Assembly (NCBI GenBank): GCA_950097015.1
Contig: CATNEN010000002.1
Location: 5,394,001 to 5,458,000 of the forward strand
Origin: Macrostomum hystrix
Lineage: Eukaryota; Animalia; Platyhelminthes
DNA length: 64,000 bases
Direction: 5' to 3'
Positions 63,492 to 64,000 of the stretch are shown here, piece after piece. The notes under the pieces were generated by a model. It saw nothing but the letters and a program-made list of their open reading frames with translations, was not told the DNA's origin and did no database searches. The position numbers were made by a program, and so were the translations under genes. Numbering within the stretch: the stretch's first letter is position 1; each line of letters begins with the position of its first letter.

Positions 63492-64000
63492 AGGGGAGAC
63501 AGGAGAGAGGAGACAGGAGAGAGGAGAGAGACAGGAGAGGGGAGAGAGACCGGAGAGGGGAGATACAGGAAAGGGGAGAGACAGGAGAGAAAAAAGAGAC
63601 AGGAGAGAAAAGAGACAGGAGAGAGAGGAGAGAGACAGGAGAGAGGAGAGAGACAGGAAAGGGGAGAGACCGGAGAGAAAAGAGAGACTGGAGAGGGGAG
63701 AGAGACAGGAGAGGGGAGAGACAGGACAGGGGAGAGACAGGAGATGGGAGAGACAGGACAGGGGAGAGACAGGAGAGGGGAGAGAGACAGGAGAGGGGAG
63801 AGACAGGAGAGGGGAGAGATAGAAGAGGGGAGAGATAGAACAGGGGAGAGACAGGACAGGGGAGAGACAGGAGAGGGGAGAGACAGGAGAGGGGAGAGAC
63901 AGGAGAGGGGAGAGACAGGAGAGAGGAGAGAGACAGGAGAGGGGAGAGAGACAGGAGAGGGGAGAGACAGGAAAGGGGAGAGACAGGAGAGAAAAAAGAG
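63492..64000. repeat. GA-rich minisatellite, ~17-19-bp GAGAGACAGGAGAGGG(G), running off the window end
   Basis: Degenerate tandem copies. Confidence 0.9.

Noticed and set aside
736-63822. Dozens of long ORFs in the track (e.g. 6263-7282, 11526-12338, 13444-14485, 16449-17867, 21325-22378, 24877-26277, 38189-39382, 39879-41057, 54618-55492, 56834-57531, 57950-58825, 59364-60200, 62042-62831)
   Set aside because: Each coincides with a tandem array whose unit lacks a stop in that frame. The translations are periodic, occur in several frames and on both strands, and have no domains or splice support.
209-64000. CRISPR-like appearance of 20-45 bp repeats
   Set aside because: Units are head-to-tail with no unique spacers, there are no cas genes, and the context is spliceosomal eukaryotic genes.

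Overview
Eukaryotic (metazoan) genomic DNA; no prokaryotic genes, rRNA, intact tRNA or CRISPR array. GC-rich, CAG/polyQ-rich exons sit among AT-rich spacers and very dense 12-45 bp minisatellites. This resembles what is reported for the flatworm Macrostomum, but that assignment is my inference only. Three + strand genes can be supported. (1) The last two coding exons of a C-terminal SH3-domain protein (1-187, 988-1242). (2) and (3) Two diverged, co-oriented paralogs of brakeless/scribbler (sbb; ZNF608/ZNF609 family). Paralog 1 has coding exons 7900-8271, 15981-16125, 18786-19904 and probably 22417-22445 (~554 aa). Paralog 2 has 47599-48099 and 49096-51084 (~829 aa), plus an upstream non-coding exon ending at 46334. 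About 38 separate tandem arrays cover roughly 28 kb (~44%) of the window and account for nearly all long ORFs in the supplied track, which are artefacts. A tRNA-derived SINE occurs as three fragments. The most interesting signals are the asymmetric paralog pair (motif loss, a precise intron difference, repeat invasion of only one copy), a start-codon exon of paralog 2 that would form a stop-free circle like the circZNF609 exon, and non-random minisatellite properties (shared GATT core, strand skew, units that contain branch-point motifs and abut splice sites). Array boundaries are approximate (about +/-20 bp) and all splice models are read by eye.
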